Source: Candidatus Nezhaarchaeales archaeon (GTDB lineage: Archaea > Thermoproteota > Methanomethylicia > Nezhaarchaeales > WYZ-LMO8). From it: DNA of 64,000 bases. The stretch lies in the NCBI GenBank assembly GCA_038887515.1, contig JAWAKK010000001.1, positions 704,001 through 768,000 of the forward strand. Direction: 5' to 3'. Each line of letters starts with the position of its first letter. The first letter of the stretch is position 1. A program made the position numbers and the translations under genes. The notes under the pieces were generated by a model. The model was not told the origin of the DNA, made no database searches, and saw only the letters and a list, made by a program, of their open reading frames with translations. Positions 1 to 9,943 of the stretch are shown in pieces.

Positions 1-303
1 CATGCCTTAAGACTACTTTTCTCTGAATTAACTAGTTTAGATGAATTGAGAGGTAAGGTGCTATCAGTCGTAGCAGTCCTTTATGGCAAGGAGGCCGAAA
101 AAGCTAGGATTTACGAGGTTCAACATAAATATGGTGATGTAATAAACGCTTACTTCCACTCTCACGTAGAAGGAAGTAAATGCCTAGAAATTATGGTAGT
201 CCAGGGAGATGCGGAGAGAGTTCGCGACTTTATATGTGGGCTAAGGGCTTCTCGACACCTTGAACAAGTGAAGGTTATAACGCTAAGCCAAGTAGAAGAT
301 TAA
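1..303 (+). CDS. nikR: NikR-family nickel-responsive regulator (C-terminal metal-binding domain; 5' end lies outside the window)
   Basis: Frame is open from base 1 (HALRLLFSEL..., the end of the RHH helix). QH...HSH...CLE matches the NikR His76/His87/His89/Cys95 Ni ligands. Confidence 0.8.
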   Translation, partial: HALRLLFSELTSLDELRGKVLSVVAVLYGKEAEKARIYEVQHKYGDVINAYFHSHVEGSKCLEIMVVQGDAERVRDFICGLRASRHLEQVKVITLSQVED

Positions 304-381
304 CATTACTTTACTTCGTACCATGGCCTTAGGTAAGCTATTTAATGAGGCTTCTTCTAGTTAACGTAGAGGAAGAAGTAA

Positions 382-1626
382 ATGTACGACTATGCCAAGA
401 TCGTGGAACTTGAAAAGGAGCTAATGCGCAAGGAGAGGCAAATAGAGTATCTACAACTTGAGCTCAAGAGATATCAAGCGGCCATCGAAGAGCTTAGACA
501 GGGTACTAGACCTGTAGGCGTAGTCCAAGACGTCATAGATGTAAACGCCTATGTAAGGCTTGAAGCTGGACAACTATATGAAGTTACTATTCCTCCACAT
601 CTAAAAGAGAAGGTTCAGCCAGGCTCTCTCGTAGTCTTATCTCCGAATAAAGGGGTCGTGCTAAACGTTCTCGAGAAGAAATTTAGCGAGAGGAACCTAT
701 GGAACCTAAAAGTTGAGAAGAACGTAAACGTCTTCTACGAAGATGTCGTCGGGCTAGAAAAAGAGCTCAGAGAACTAAGGAAAGCAGTAGAATGGGTTTT
801 GAGCCCCGAAGTTAGGCGTAAGAGGGAGAACATAGTTAGGGACTCTAGGCTTCTCGAAGAGGCAGGCACAGTACTGCTTTTCGGTCCTCCAGGGACTGGT
901 AAGACGTATATGGCTAAGGCTATCGCCGGGTCGCTAAGCAGGTACGGGCAGAATACTTCATTCATTAAGGTCGAGGCTTACGAACTGGTATCTAAATGGC
1001 TAGGCGAATCAGCTAGAAACGTAAGAGAACTCTTTAAGCTTGCCAGAGAAGAAGCACCTTGCATATTATTTATAGACGAGGTGGACGCAATAGGTAGGGC
1101 TAGGACGGAAATAACTTCTGATGCTGGAAGGGACGTTCAAGGAATGCTAAATCAACTCTTAACTGAAATAGGTGAAGGATTTCATATAAATAGGAACTTA
1201 GCGGTAATATTTGCAACAAACCTGCCCTCCGTAATCGACCCTGCTCTTATGGATAGAATAAGGAAAATAATATACGTACCTCCTCCCAGAAGCAAGGAAG
1301 AGGTAAAGAAGCTCTTTGATTTCTACCTATCTAAGGTATCAGTGGACCCAGAAGTATGGGATTTGAACGGCCTCAAGCCTGAGGCTTTTGAGGAACTCTG
1401 GAACGTCATTAAACGTAGAAAGTTAATTTATGAGGCTAGCATACATTCTAGAAACATAAGGGTCTCTGACGAGTACTGGATTACACCTAGAGATGTCAAA
1501 AATATAGTTCAAGAAGCGGCAAGTGATGCTGCTTTTGATGGCATGGACTATGTAACTGTCGATAAGCTCCTAGAATACGTAAAGGGGTTGAGCTTAGAAA
1601 AAACTCATCAAGTAGCTTTCCTATAG
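382..1626 (+). CDS. AAA+ ATPase, divergent proteasome-activating nucleotidase (PAN)-like
   Basis: N-terminal coiled coil and OB-like segment, Walker A GPPGTGKT, pore loop KWLG, Walker B FIDEVD, ATN sensor 1. Confidence 0.8.
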   Translation: MYDYAKIVELEKELMRKERQIEYLQLELKRYQAAIEELRQGTRPVGVVQDVIDVNAYVRLEAGQLYEVTIPPHLKEKVQPGSLVVLSPNKGVVLNVLEKKFSERNLWNLKVEKNVNVFYEDVVGLEKELRELRKAVEWVLSPEVRRKRENIVRDSRLLEEAGTVLLFGPPGTGKTYMAKAIAGSLSRYGQNTSFIKVEAYELVSKWLGESARNVRELFKLAREEAPCILFIDEVDAIGRARTEITSDAGRDVQGMLNQLLTEIGEGFHINRNLAVIFATNLPSVIDPALMDRIRKIIYVPPPRSKEEVKKLFDFYLSKVSVDPEVWDLNGLKPEAFEELWNVIKRRKLIYEASIHSRNIRVSDEYWITPRDVKNIVQEAASDAAFDGMDYVTVDKLLEYVKGLSLEKTHQVAFL

Positions 1627-2763
1627 CGTAGACCATCTCAATAAGTGCAAGTTCCCCACGTGAACTCTTTTTAGATGTCGTTTAGCTGCAATGAGGCACT
1701 CTTCTACCTGCTTTCTTGGAGTAATTGGCATGTCGCTCATAAAGTGATCCGGGTGAAAAACCAGTAGTGAGTACGGGATTTCAGGGTTTAAGCCAGCTAT
1801 GAACTTCGCTATCTTATCAACCTCTTCAGCAGTAACGTAGCCTGGTACAAGAAGTGTTGTAGCGGTCAAAATGGGAACTTCGGGTCTTTCATCGTAAAAT
1901 TCGTTAGCTATCATTTCAAAGTTCTCATAAGCTGCTTGATTAGAGACCCCACTTAAAGCGTGGCTAAGTTCTATGCTGAAACACTTAAGGTCAAACTTTA
2001 CATTCCCTCCACTAATAAAAGCTAGCTGAGCTGCTTCTTTAACGAGACTTCGATTGCCACACCCATTCCACTCGAAACATATCCTGATAATCCTTTTGCG
2101 GGGCTTTTCTTCTAAAATCTTCTTTGACGCTCTTGTAGCGAATGGAAGCTGGGGCTCTGGTGAACCGCCAAAGAAGCATATACATGTATAGTCTTTGTTT
2201 CCCAATACATGATTCACAAATTTTTCGAGTGAAACTCTAGGTGCCTCTGAGAGAAGTTTATGAGAGGCGTTTTGGCAAAAGAGGCAATCAAAGTTGCATC
2301 CGTAAAAGAAGACCGCGTAGTTCGCATAGCCTATCTCAGGGCCGGGAGTCACGGCGTACGTGGGATAGCCTGCCCCGGTTCCAGCGGGGCAGAACCACGC
2401 TGCACAGCAGTTAGTAATGTGAGGGTCGCTGTACCCGTACATCAAAGCTTCGTCGATGGCAACTTTAGAAACTAGCTTTCCATCTATATTCATCCTAAGA
2501 CCGCAAAAGCCTATTTCTCCCTCACCGATTAAGCATTCGTTACTACATATCGTGCATTTTAGACCTCTAGAGTTTTTGGAAGGCTTTGAAGGTAGGCCGT
2601 ACCGCGACCTCGCGATTTCGTGTGCTCGCCTTATAAGAGGAAGGGCTTCATCGAATTTCGTTTTGATACAGTCAGCACATACGTTAAGGACTTTCGATAT
2701 AAGTATGGATCTTTTACCGCATATCTTACATTCGGGTTCAAAGATGCCTGCGAAAACGCGCAT
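1621..2763 (-). CDS. Radical SAM protein (PFL-activase/AmrS-like archaeal family)
   Basis: CNFDCLFC SAM motif, N-terminal CxxC pairs, CxxC...C...G.CG motif, FHP motif. Confidence 0.85.
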   Translation of the reverse strand: MRVFAGIFEPECKICGKRSILISKVLNVCADCIKTKFDEALPLIRRAHEIARSRYGLPSKPSKNSRGLKCTICSNECLIGEGEIGFCGLRMNIDGKLVSKVAIDEALMYGYSDPHITNCCAAWFCPAGTGAGYPTYAVTPGPEIGYANYAVFFYGCNFDCLFCQNASHKLLSEAPRVSLEKFVNHVLGNKDYTCICFFGGSPEPQLPFATRASKKILEEKPRKRIIRICFEWNGCGNRSLVKEAAQLAFISGGNVKFDLKCFSIELSHALSGVSNQAAYENFEMIANEFYDERPEVPILTATTLLVPGYVTAEEVDKIAKFIAGLNPEIPYSLLVFHPDHFMSDMPITPRKQVEECLIAAKRHLKRVHVGNLHLLRWSTL

Positions 2764-2776
2764 TAAGACTACACAC

Positions 2777-3997
2777 CTATATTAGTAGCCTAAACCTAAA
2801 ATTGGTAGTTCGTGCGGTCCCTGTTATCGGTATCGGGTTTTTACAGTACATACATTTATTATCTCTCGTTAGCTTAACTTCATGGATGCCGAGCTGAGAC
2901 CTCTTTATAACGGGTTCTCCGCATGAAGGGCAATACGTGTGGTAGCCGGGATGATTCGGGACGTTGCCTACGTATGGGTAAAGCACCCCCATCTTCTTCG
3001 CAACTTGATAAGCCCTATCTATGACTTCAACTGGTGTCGGAGGATTCCTAAACTTATACGTCGGGAAGTACCTTGTAAAGTGTAGTGGTACTTCGGGACC
3101 CGCGTACTTCAAGTGATTCTCTATTACATCTAGGATGCAAGGTTCGTCGTCGTTTACCCCGTTGACTATCAGAAAGACCACCTCGACGTGTAAGCCCATC
3201 TCTATCGCTTTCTTAACGTTCCTCCATACAAGGCTAGCTCCTTTAACGCCTAGGTACTTTTCATAGACGTCCTCATCTCCCTTGACGTCGATCTTTATGC
3301 CGTCTAAGCCGGCTTTAGCAAGCATATCAAGGGCTTCACATGTCATAAACCCATTCGAGACAAAAGAGCAATACAACCCTCTACTTTTTGCAAGCGAAAA
3401 GGTATCTACGCAGTATTCAAATAGCATAGTAGGTTCATTGAAGCTTGCGCAAAGCCCTTGATCATTGTTCTCAGCAGCCATCTTCACTAGAGACTTTGTG
3501 CTTACGTACGTTGCTGCTTGAGGGATTGGTCTCGACCTTGAAAGGTGGTAGTTTTGGCACCACGGGCAATCGAAGTTGCAGGACCATGTTGAAAAAGTGA
3601 GAGCTGTTGAGCCGGGCCAGTAGTGAAAGAAGGGCTTTATCTCTATTGGCCTGCTTTCGATGGCAGATAGGTTGCCGTAAGTTGCAGTATAAATGTTGTT
3701 AAAGTTAAACCTTGTACCACAATACCCCCAACCACCTTCAGGCACTTTACAACGTCTATTACAGGTACGGCACACGACCCCATACTCATTCTTCTCAAAT
3801 AAGTATGAAGGTCTGATGGTGGGCCTTTTTATCAATTCGCTATAAATCGCCTTCCACCCATTGAGATCTAACGTAGTCCATCGATAATATAGGCGTATTA
3901 GACTAAAAATTCTTCTAATTTTGCGACTACAAATATTATGACTATGTCGCGTCTTGCTTCTATATGCAAAGAACGTACTCGCCCGCATAATCACCAT
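2777..3997 (-). CDS. AmmeMemoRadiSam-type radical SAM enzyme (AmrS-like); true start probably downstream of the ORF start
   Basis: PIEIKPFFHYWPG, CNFDCPWCQN, NEPT, HFTRYFP, YVGN...TYCPSCG. Confidence 0.85.
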   Translation of the reverse strand: MVIMRASTFFAYRSKTRHSHNICSRKIRRIFSLIRLYYRWTTLDLNGWKAIYSELIKRPTIRPSYLFEKNEYGVVCRTCNRRCKVPEGGWGYCGTRFNFNNIYTATYGNLSAIESRPIEIKPFFHYWPGSTALTFSTWSCNFDCPWCQNYHLSRSRPIPQAATYVSTKSLVKMAAENNDQGLCASFNEPTMLFEYCVDTFSLAKSRGLYCSFVSNGFMTCEALDMLAKAGLDGIKIDVKGDEDVYEKYLGVKGASLVWRNVKKAIEMGLHVEVVFLIVNGVNDDEPCILDVIENHLKYAGPEVPLHFTRYFPTYKFRNPPTPVEVIDRAYQVAKKMGVLYPYVGNVPNHPGYHTYCPSCGEPVIKRSQLGIHEVKLTRDNKCMYCKNPIPITGTARTTNFRFRLLI

Positions 3998-4268
3998 AAG
4001 CGTATAACGTCGAAGTATGCTGACACGGTTATGGCACCTTAATTACTATATTGACTACTATTCTTTGACCGACTAGCCTAATTAGGAAGCAGGAAACCTT
4101 ATGACTACGAGATTCCTTGCAAGACCAAATGCCCCACTCCATCTTTGAAGTTTAATGGACCCTTAACCTTAAGCCAACCACTAAGGACATAGAATGCTTT
4201 CTAGCTAAACGTATATTAGGAGACGAGTTATCCATAACCCCTGAACTCAAAAGAGTGAGGGCTTATTC

Positions 4269-6167
4269 GTGCCCGCTGTTTGGAGAACGTCGGCCAAGGT
4301 TTATTGGTGTGCCAACTGTAATGTACCCCTTGTAGCACCTAAGTGCGGTCTATGTGGTGAAGGAGCCGTTAAAGCTTATGGATCGCCCCCAAAGGATTTT
4401 AGGCCAGCCCTAGACTACGACTTTAAAGTTCTGAGGGAGACTATAGAGAGGGAATTTGGATCTAAGGCGTATAACGCAATTATTTCAAGTGAAGTTGTGT
4501 TGCTAAATAAAGTACCGTATGTCGACCAGGCGAATGAAGTTATAGTTGATGGGTGGGTTATGGGGACTCTCTATTACAGCCCTGATAAGGGCGTTTGGAG
4601 GTTTAGACCTTCATATGAGGGGGCTTCTAGGCTAGTAAGCGAGGGGGCCGCTCCGCAAATCGAAGTCCTTAAGGATAGGATTAAGCTCTGGGAGGTACTT
4701 TCTAGGGAAGACTTTAAAGGGGATGATCTGCCCCCCAGCGGTAAATACGTAATTTTAACGAACTCTAAGTCGATGTCTATAGGAGTAGCAGTATCGCTTG
4801 ACGATAAAAAACTGAAGGTCATTAAGGTTTGGAGCCCTCACAAGCCACACATAAGGGAGAGGAAAGGGAACTGGGCTTTAACTGTTAAGGCCAATGAGCC
4901 CCATATAGAAGTTGAAGAGAAGAGAGCCTTGGCACTAATAATTAAGATGGTAAAGGCCCGTGAAACCTTCGTATCCTACTCCGGCGGAAAAGATAGTTTA
5001 GCGACGCTCCTATTGACGTTGAAGGCCATAGGCGACGTTCCGCTACTCTTCAACGATACTGGTATAGAGGCCCCTGCAACCGTAGAGTACGTTTGGTGTA
5101 CGACAAGCAAATTTGGTTTAGAACTCATATACGCGAATGCTGGAGATGTTTTCTGGAGGTCCCTCTCCACATACGGACCCCCTGCTAGGGATTATAGGTG
5201 GTGCTGTAAGGTCTGTAAGCTGGTACCGATCGCGAGGGCGGTTAAAGAGAGGTTTCAGGGTGATGTGTATACGATACTTGGCCAAAGAAAGTACGAGTCT
5301 TTTGCTCGTCTAAAGGCTCCAGTTGTCGAGAGAAGCAGGTGGATTCCTAATTTGATAAGCGTTAGCCCCATAAGAGACTGGTCCGCGCTTCATGTATGGC
5401 TTTATTTAATGAGGGAGAGGGTCGAGTTTAACCCTCTTTACAGGGAAGGTTTTGATAGGATAGGCTGTTGGCTTTGTCCTGCATGCGAGCTGGCTGAGCT
5501 AAGGAGAGTTAAAGAGATCTACCCTGATTTATGGGGTAAGTGGGAAGAGAGTCTCCTAAGTTGGTGTAACGAGAAAGGGTTGCCACAAGATTGGGTTAAA
5601 CTTGGGCTTTGGCGATGGAGAAGATTGCCGGGAGATGCTAGAAAGTTCGCTTCTAAAATGGGGGTTAATTTAGCAGAGGTGGAAGGCAGGCTAGCCGATA
5701 TTCGAGACGTAGAGGTGGTGCTAACAGTTAGACCTTGCGAAGATATATACGAGGCTCAAGGATCTATAAGGGGGCCTATCGATTTTAAGAGGGCTGTCAT
5801 GATGTTTAAGTGCAGCGGAGGGAGGGTTGTCGTTAGCGAGGACTTGAAGCTTATAACCTTAAGGCTTGATGAAGGAAACGCGTCCTTAAGTGGAAACGGC
5901 TCTTTCTCTGTTAGAGCTGAAGACCTCTACCACCTTAAGAAAATGTTAGAGCTACTCGTCAAGAGCTTACTGAGAGCGAAGTACTGTAATACTTGCGGCT
6001 CCTGTAAGAATTGGTGCCCCACAAACTCGATAGTTGTGGTGGGGAGAGAGATTGAAGTAGCAAATTCTTGTTTGGGTTGTAGGATGTGCATTAGTGCCTG
6101 CCCTATTGCAACGTACATGTATAAATTCTCGACACATATAGTTGGTGACGTTTATGATGAAGACTAG
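4269..6167 (+). CDS. PAPS reductase-family (PP-loop) protein with N-terminal Zn ribbon, PUA-like domain and C-terminal 4Fe-4S ferredoxin
   Basis: SYSGGKDS, RWCCKVCK, RIGCWLCP, and two C-terminal CxxCxxCxxxCP motifs. Confidence 0.85.
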   Translation: MPAVWRTSAKVYWCANCNVPLVAPKCGLCGEGAVKAYGSPPKDFRPALDYDFKVLRETIEREFGSKAYNAIISSEVVLLNKVPYVDQANEVIVDGWVMGTLYYSPDKGVWRFRPSYEGASRLVSEGAAPQIEVLKDRIKLWEVLSREDFKGDDLPPSGKYVILTNSKSMSIGVAVSLDDKKLKVIKVWSPHKPHIRERKGNWALTVKANEPHIEVEEKRALALIIKMVKARETFVSYSGGKDSLATLLLTLKAIGDVPLLFNDTGIEAPATVEYVWCTTSKFGLELIYANAGDVFWRSLSTYGPPARDYRWCCKVCKLVPIARAVKERFQGDVYTILGQRKYESFARLKAPVVERSRWIPNLISVSPIRDWSALHVWLYLMRERVEFNPLYREGFDRIGCWLCPACELAELRRVKEIYPDLWGKWEESLLSWCNEKGLPQDWVKLGLWRWRRLPGDARKFASKMGVNLAEVEGRLADIRDVEVVLTVRPCEDIYEAQGSIRGPIDFKRAVMMFKCSGGRVVVSEDLKLITLRLDEGNASLSGNGSFSVRAEDLYHLKKMLELLVKSLLRAKYCNTCGSCKNWCPTNSIVVVGREIEVANSCLGCRMCISACPIATYMYKFSTHIVGDVYDED

Positions 6168-7734
6168 AACTCTATGTCTGCTGGCCCTAATAATATTGGC
6201 AGTAATATACTGTTCCAACATAGTACGTGCAGAAAAAGGCTTTACATACGTTTTCGAAGTAGACGCTGAAGGGTATACTAGCGTTACGGTCCTTTTTTAC
6301 GACAATAAAAATGGCAGTTCTTGGCTTCTAGTCCCTAAAGCTCAGAGAGAGGACATAAGCCTTATGGTGAACGAAGGTAGGCTAGTTAATGTAACGTACA
6401 GGAGCCTAGTAGAGAAGGGAAAGGAAGATCCATTCTACGTAATCATGGAGTTCGAGTACGAGGCTTCTAGGATAGCCAACATAACCATAAGGTACTTTAT
6501 GGAACATGGAGCGCTTATAATAGAGCCTAAGGCCGTATTTATTTCTCCTAGGGTCACTCATGAAGGACCTACGACTACTAGAGTGCTTGTCCACTTACCA
6601 AGCTACGCTACTGTTTCAAGAAGTAGAGTCTCTTCCTTTTCAGGGTTTATTAGAAATGTTGAAGTAATCGAAGGAAAAGGCTGTACCATCGTTGGCGCTA
6701 TTGTAGGGCCTGACGATAGGATAGTAGTGGAATACACAGTTCCCTTTAAAGGTAACATCACACATTTGACTGCCAACAACTTCACCTTCAGAACGGCTTC
6801 TAGATACCTAAGGTACGCTTACGATGTCCTTGAAACCTTAAACGATTGTTATCCGATTTATGAGAAACTCTTTGAAAACAAGCTATACAACGTAGAGGTA
6901 GAGTTCTTTGTTCCATCGATAGAAGAGCTAATGTTAGGAATTGAAGGGTATGTACCCTTTTTAGGCGACAAATTGGGGGCTATTCACTTGAACCTCCTTT
7001 ACATCCGAGGAGTTAAGGGTTTTATGGATATAATAGCAATGCATGAACTGGCTCACCACTTTCTATGGAGTATAGGAGTACCACCGTCAAAACTGTGGAT
7101 TCATGAAGGGATTGCTGAGTACATAAGCCTAGCTTTAGGGCTACAGAGGGACTACTACGATGCTGTTGAAATTCACGAAAGCTTATTAACGACTGTTTGG
7201 AACAAAATGGACAACTACTTAGGCTTCATTCAGAAGTGGACCCCCTTTTACGTGCCATCGCAAGATCTTAGGTTATGTTATGCTGCCTCTTATTACATTT
7301 TCAAGACACTTTGTGATAGATATGGAGGTTTAGAGTACTTGAAGTCGCTCTTCAAAGCATTTAGGGACATCGATTGGAACAACGATACCCAAGTTATCGA
7401 GGCCTTCGGCATAGCTGCCGGTGATGTAAACGAAGTATTTAAGCTATTTCGCGAATGGGGATTTGAACTTGAAGAATCTTCGCAGCTAGTCCCAAGCCTC
7501 TCCAAAGTTAAGAGAAACGTTTCAGGCATGCCCACCTGGCTTAAACCATATAGGGACATTGCCCAAGCAGTTATTAATGTTGCCGAAGTGTTTCAACAGT
7601 ACGACCTGCCATACCTAAAGATGTTAGCGGTTAAGACTTCGCAAATAATATGCGAGACGAGTTGGGCACTTGCGGCCTTAAGCTTCATAATAGTTATAAC
7701 GACCTTGGTCATATTAGTGAGGAGGTCGGCTTAA
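6142..7734 (+). CDS. Secreted, membrane-anchored zinc metallopeptidase (gluzincin/MA clan)
   Basis: Signal peptide, HELAH...WIHEG motif, C-terminal TM helix followed by RR. Confidence 0.7.
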   Translation: MVTFMMKTRTLCLLALIILAVIYCSNIVRAEKGFTYVFEVDAEGYTSVTVLFYDNKNGSSWLLVPKAQREDISLMVNEGRLVNVTYRSLVEKGKEDPFYVIMEFEYEASRIANITIRYFMEHGALIIEPKAVFISPRVTHEGPTTTRVLVHLPSYATVSRSRVSSFSGFIRNVEVIEGKGCTIVGAIVGPDDRIVVEYTVPFKGNITHLTANNFTFRTASRYLRYAYDVLETLNDCYPIYEKLFENKLYNVEVEFFVPSIEELMLGIEGYVPFLGDKLGAIHLNLLYIRGVKGFMDIIAMHELAHHFLWSIGVPPSKLWIHEGIAEYISLALGLQRDYYDAVEIHESLLTTVWNKMDNYLGFIQKWTPFYVPSQDLRLCYAASYYIFKTLCDRYGGLEYLKSLFKAFRDIDWNNDTQVIEAFGIAAGDVNEVFKLFREWGFELEESSQLVPSLSKVKRNVSGMPTWLKPYRDIAQAVINVAEVFQQYDLPYLKMLAVKTSQIICETSWALAALSFIIVITTLVILVRRSA

Positions 7735-7904
7735 GTCCCAGCCTTGTAGGAGGCTTCATGACAGTTTTCGACGGACTTAAATAGCTTTTCTAAACTTTAG
7801 AGCCCCTATGGGGGTTATAGATACTTACGCAATTATCAAAGACACCTTCGCCTCCACGCAATTAATATATCTTCTAGGCAAGAAGAAAAGTTTAGAGGTT
7901 CATC

Positions 7905-9140
7905 ATGGATCCTAGGAAGTTCAGGTACATAAGACTTGAAGAGGCCTTGAAAAAGATAGACGAGTGCATCAGGGTTACACTACCAGCGGAAGAAGTCAGG
8001 ATCTGTGAGGCATATAACAGGTTCTTAGCAGAAGATGTAGTATCGAAAATCGATCTTCCCCCGCACGACGTAGCTCACTTTGACGGCTACGCCTTGAGGA
8101 GCCGTGATGTTGCCTGTGCCTCACCGGTTAACCCTGTAAAGCTGAAGATAAAGGCCAAGATCTTCCCATCATCGGCTGAGGCGCTGAGCATAGGCGCAGG
8201 AGAGGCAGCTTATGTTGCTACTGGTGCTATCATGCCCCTTGGAGCCGACAGCGTTTTACCAATAGAGGCGGCATTGGTTAAAGAGGGTCATGTAGAGGTA
8301 AAGTATGCAGTTAAGCCAGGAGATCACATTATAAGGGCTGGCAGCGACGTTAAGCAAGGCGACTTGATCCTAAAGAGGGGGCATAGACTTAGGGGGCAGG
8401 ATATAGCTTTCCTAGCACTCGTAGGCTACTCTCAGGTGAAAGTCTCTTCAATGCCTAAGGTATGCATAATGCCTATAGGCGATGAGCTTACCGAAGACTA
8501 CGGTACTTTGAAGCCTGGAAAAGTTCCTTGTAGTCATACTTTAATGATTAGTAGCTTCGTCCTGAGAGATGGCGGAATACCAGTTTATCAAGGCATAGTA
8601 CCAGACGACGCGAATGCTATAAGTGAAGCGATAGCTAAAGCCTCTGCTAGGTTCGACGTTATATTGACTATAAGTGGTGCGTCGAGAGGCGAGAAGGACT
8701 TAGTCTGCGAAGCTATGTCGAGGATTGAAGGGGCGAACATCGTATTTCATGGAGTAATGACAAGGCCTGGCCGACAAACTGGGTTTGCCTTAATAAGAGG
8801 GAAGCCATTAATCATGCTACCAGGTTTATCGCATTCAACCATAGTAGGTTACCAACTAATAGCTAGAAGAGCTATTTCTAGGCTTATGGGCATAGAGGTA
8901 GACGATTTACCGTTAAAAGCGAGAATAGCCTGCAACTTAGAGCTTCCTCCTCCAAAGGGGTTTAAAAGGATAGTTTTCGTTAGGCTTGAGAACTACGGCG
9001 ATTACTATAGAGCCTGGCCGCTAAAGGGAGAGTCGGCCCTTGCAAGCATACCGGTTAAAGGTCATGGCTACGTTATCTTTAACGAAGGGTTGGAGCGTGT
9101 GAATGAAGGTTCTATAGTAGACGTTCACTTGCTATATTGA
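7905..9140 (+). CDS. moeA: Molybdopterin metal insertase MoeA (divergent paralogue 1)
   Basis: DGYA, TGA..P.GAD, GDEL, G.S.G..D, LPG motifs. Confidence 0.85.
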   Translation: MDPRKFRYIRLEEALKKIDECIRVTLPAEEVRICEAYNRFLAEDVVSKIDLPPHDVAHFDGYALRSRDVACASPVNPVKLKIKAKIFPSSAEALSIGAGEAAYVATGAIMPLGADSVLPIEAALVKEGHVEVKYAVKPGDHIIRAGSDVKQGDLILKRGHRLRGQDIAFLALVGYSQVKVSSMPKVCIMPIGDELTEDYGTLKPGKVPCSHTLMISSFVLRDGGIPVYQGIVPDDANAISEAIAKASARFDVILTISGASRGEKDLVCEAMSRIEGANIVFHGVMTRPGRQTGFALIRGKPLIMLPGLSHSTIVGYQLIARRAISRLMGIEVDDLPLKARIACNLELPPPKGFKRIVFVRLENYGDYYRAWPLKGESALASIPVKGHGYVIFNEGLERVNEGSIVDVHLLY

Positions 9141-9193
9141 TGATAGACAAGCTTATATGAATCATGAGTATTGCGGAGTATAGGGATTAAACC

Positions 9194-9943
9194 TTGAAGC
9201 TGGCCGTTTCGGGAAAAGGTGGTTGCGGTAAAAGCACTATCGTGGCGCTACTTTCCAAGGTCTTCGTAGAGATGGGCTTTAAGGTCTTGGTCGTAGACGC
9301 GGACGAATCTAACGTAGGTTTGTTGAAGATGCTCGGCCTAGAGAACGTAAAATCATTGGTCGAAGTTTACGGCGGTCGAATAGGATTAAAAGCGGCCTTA
9401 GACAGAGGACTAGAGTTCCTACCGGACGTCAACGCCATAACTGCAGGTGAAGGCAAGCTAAGGGCTGTTAGAGTTGGCAAGATAGAGCGTGGTGGCGAGG
9501 GATGTGCATGTATATTCGGCATTCTAACTAAGGAAGTATTGAGCAAGCTGACGAGTTCAGGAGACGAGATCGTCCTGATAGACATGGAGGCTGGGGTCGA
9601 ACACTTGGGTAGAGGAATTGATCAAGTAGTTGACGCGATCCTCTTCGTAGTGGACCCAACGCTCGACTCTATAGTGCTTGCAGAGAGAGCGAACAAAATG
9701 GCTGCAGAACTAGGAGTGTCCAAGTTCATGGTCGTGCTAAATAAGATAGACTCAGAAACTGCAGAGGTGGTCCAAAGCAGATTACTAGGCTTGGGCGTTA
9801 AGATTATTGGAAAGATTCGTTACGACCCCGAGGTCGTCAGGTCTGCGCTACTAGGCGAGACTATTAGAGCCCGTACAGCAATGGTTGACGCAGTTAATTT
9901 AGCCAAGGCAATTTTAGAGGAGTTAAGATATGGGATTAGTTGA
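9194..9943 (+). CDS. cooC: CooC/AcsF-family nickel-insertion ATPase
   Basis: Deviant Walker A GKGGCGKST, DAD, GCAC metal motif, DMEAGVEHLGRG. Confidence 0.85.
   Translation: MKLAVSGKGGCGKSTIVALLSKVFVEMGFKVLVVDADESNVGLLKMLGLENVKSLVEVYGGRIGLKAALDRGLEFLPDVNAITAGEGKLRAVRVGKIERGGEGCACIFGILTKEVLSKLTSSGDEIVLIDMEAGVEHLGRGIDQVVDAILFVVDPTLDSIVLAERANKMAAELGVSKFMVVLNKIDSETAEVVQSRLLGLGVKIIGKIRYDPEVVRSALLGETIRARTAMVDAVNLAKAILEELRYGIS

Noticed and set aside
3880-4268. N-terminal extension of the AmrS ORF and short ORFs in the following spacer
   Set aside because: There is no family similarity before about LIKRP and no convincing RBS. The region is probably divergent promoter DNA.
9136-9197. TTGATGA...ATGA...ATGAGTA resembling a C/D sRNA
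   Set aside because: No CTGA box at the proper spacing and no terminal stem.
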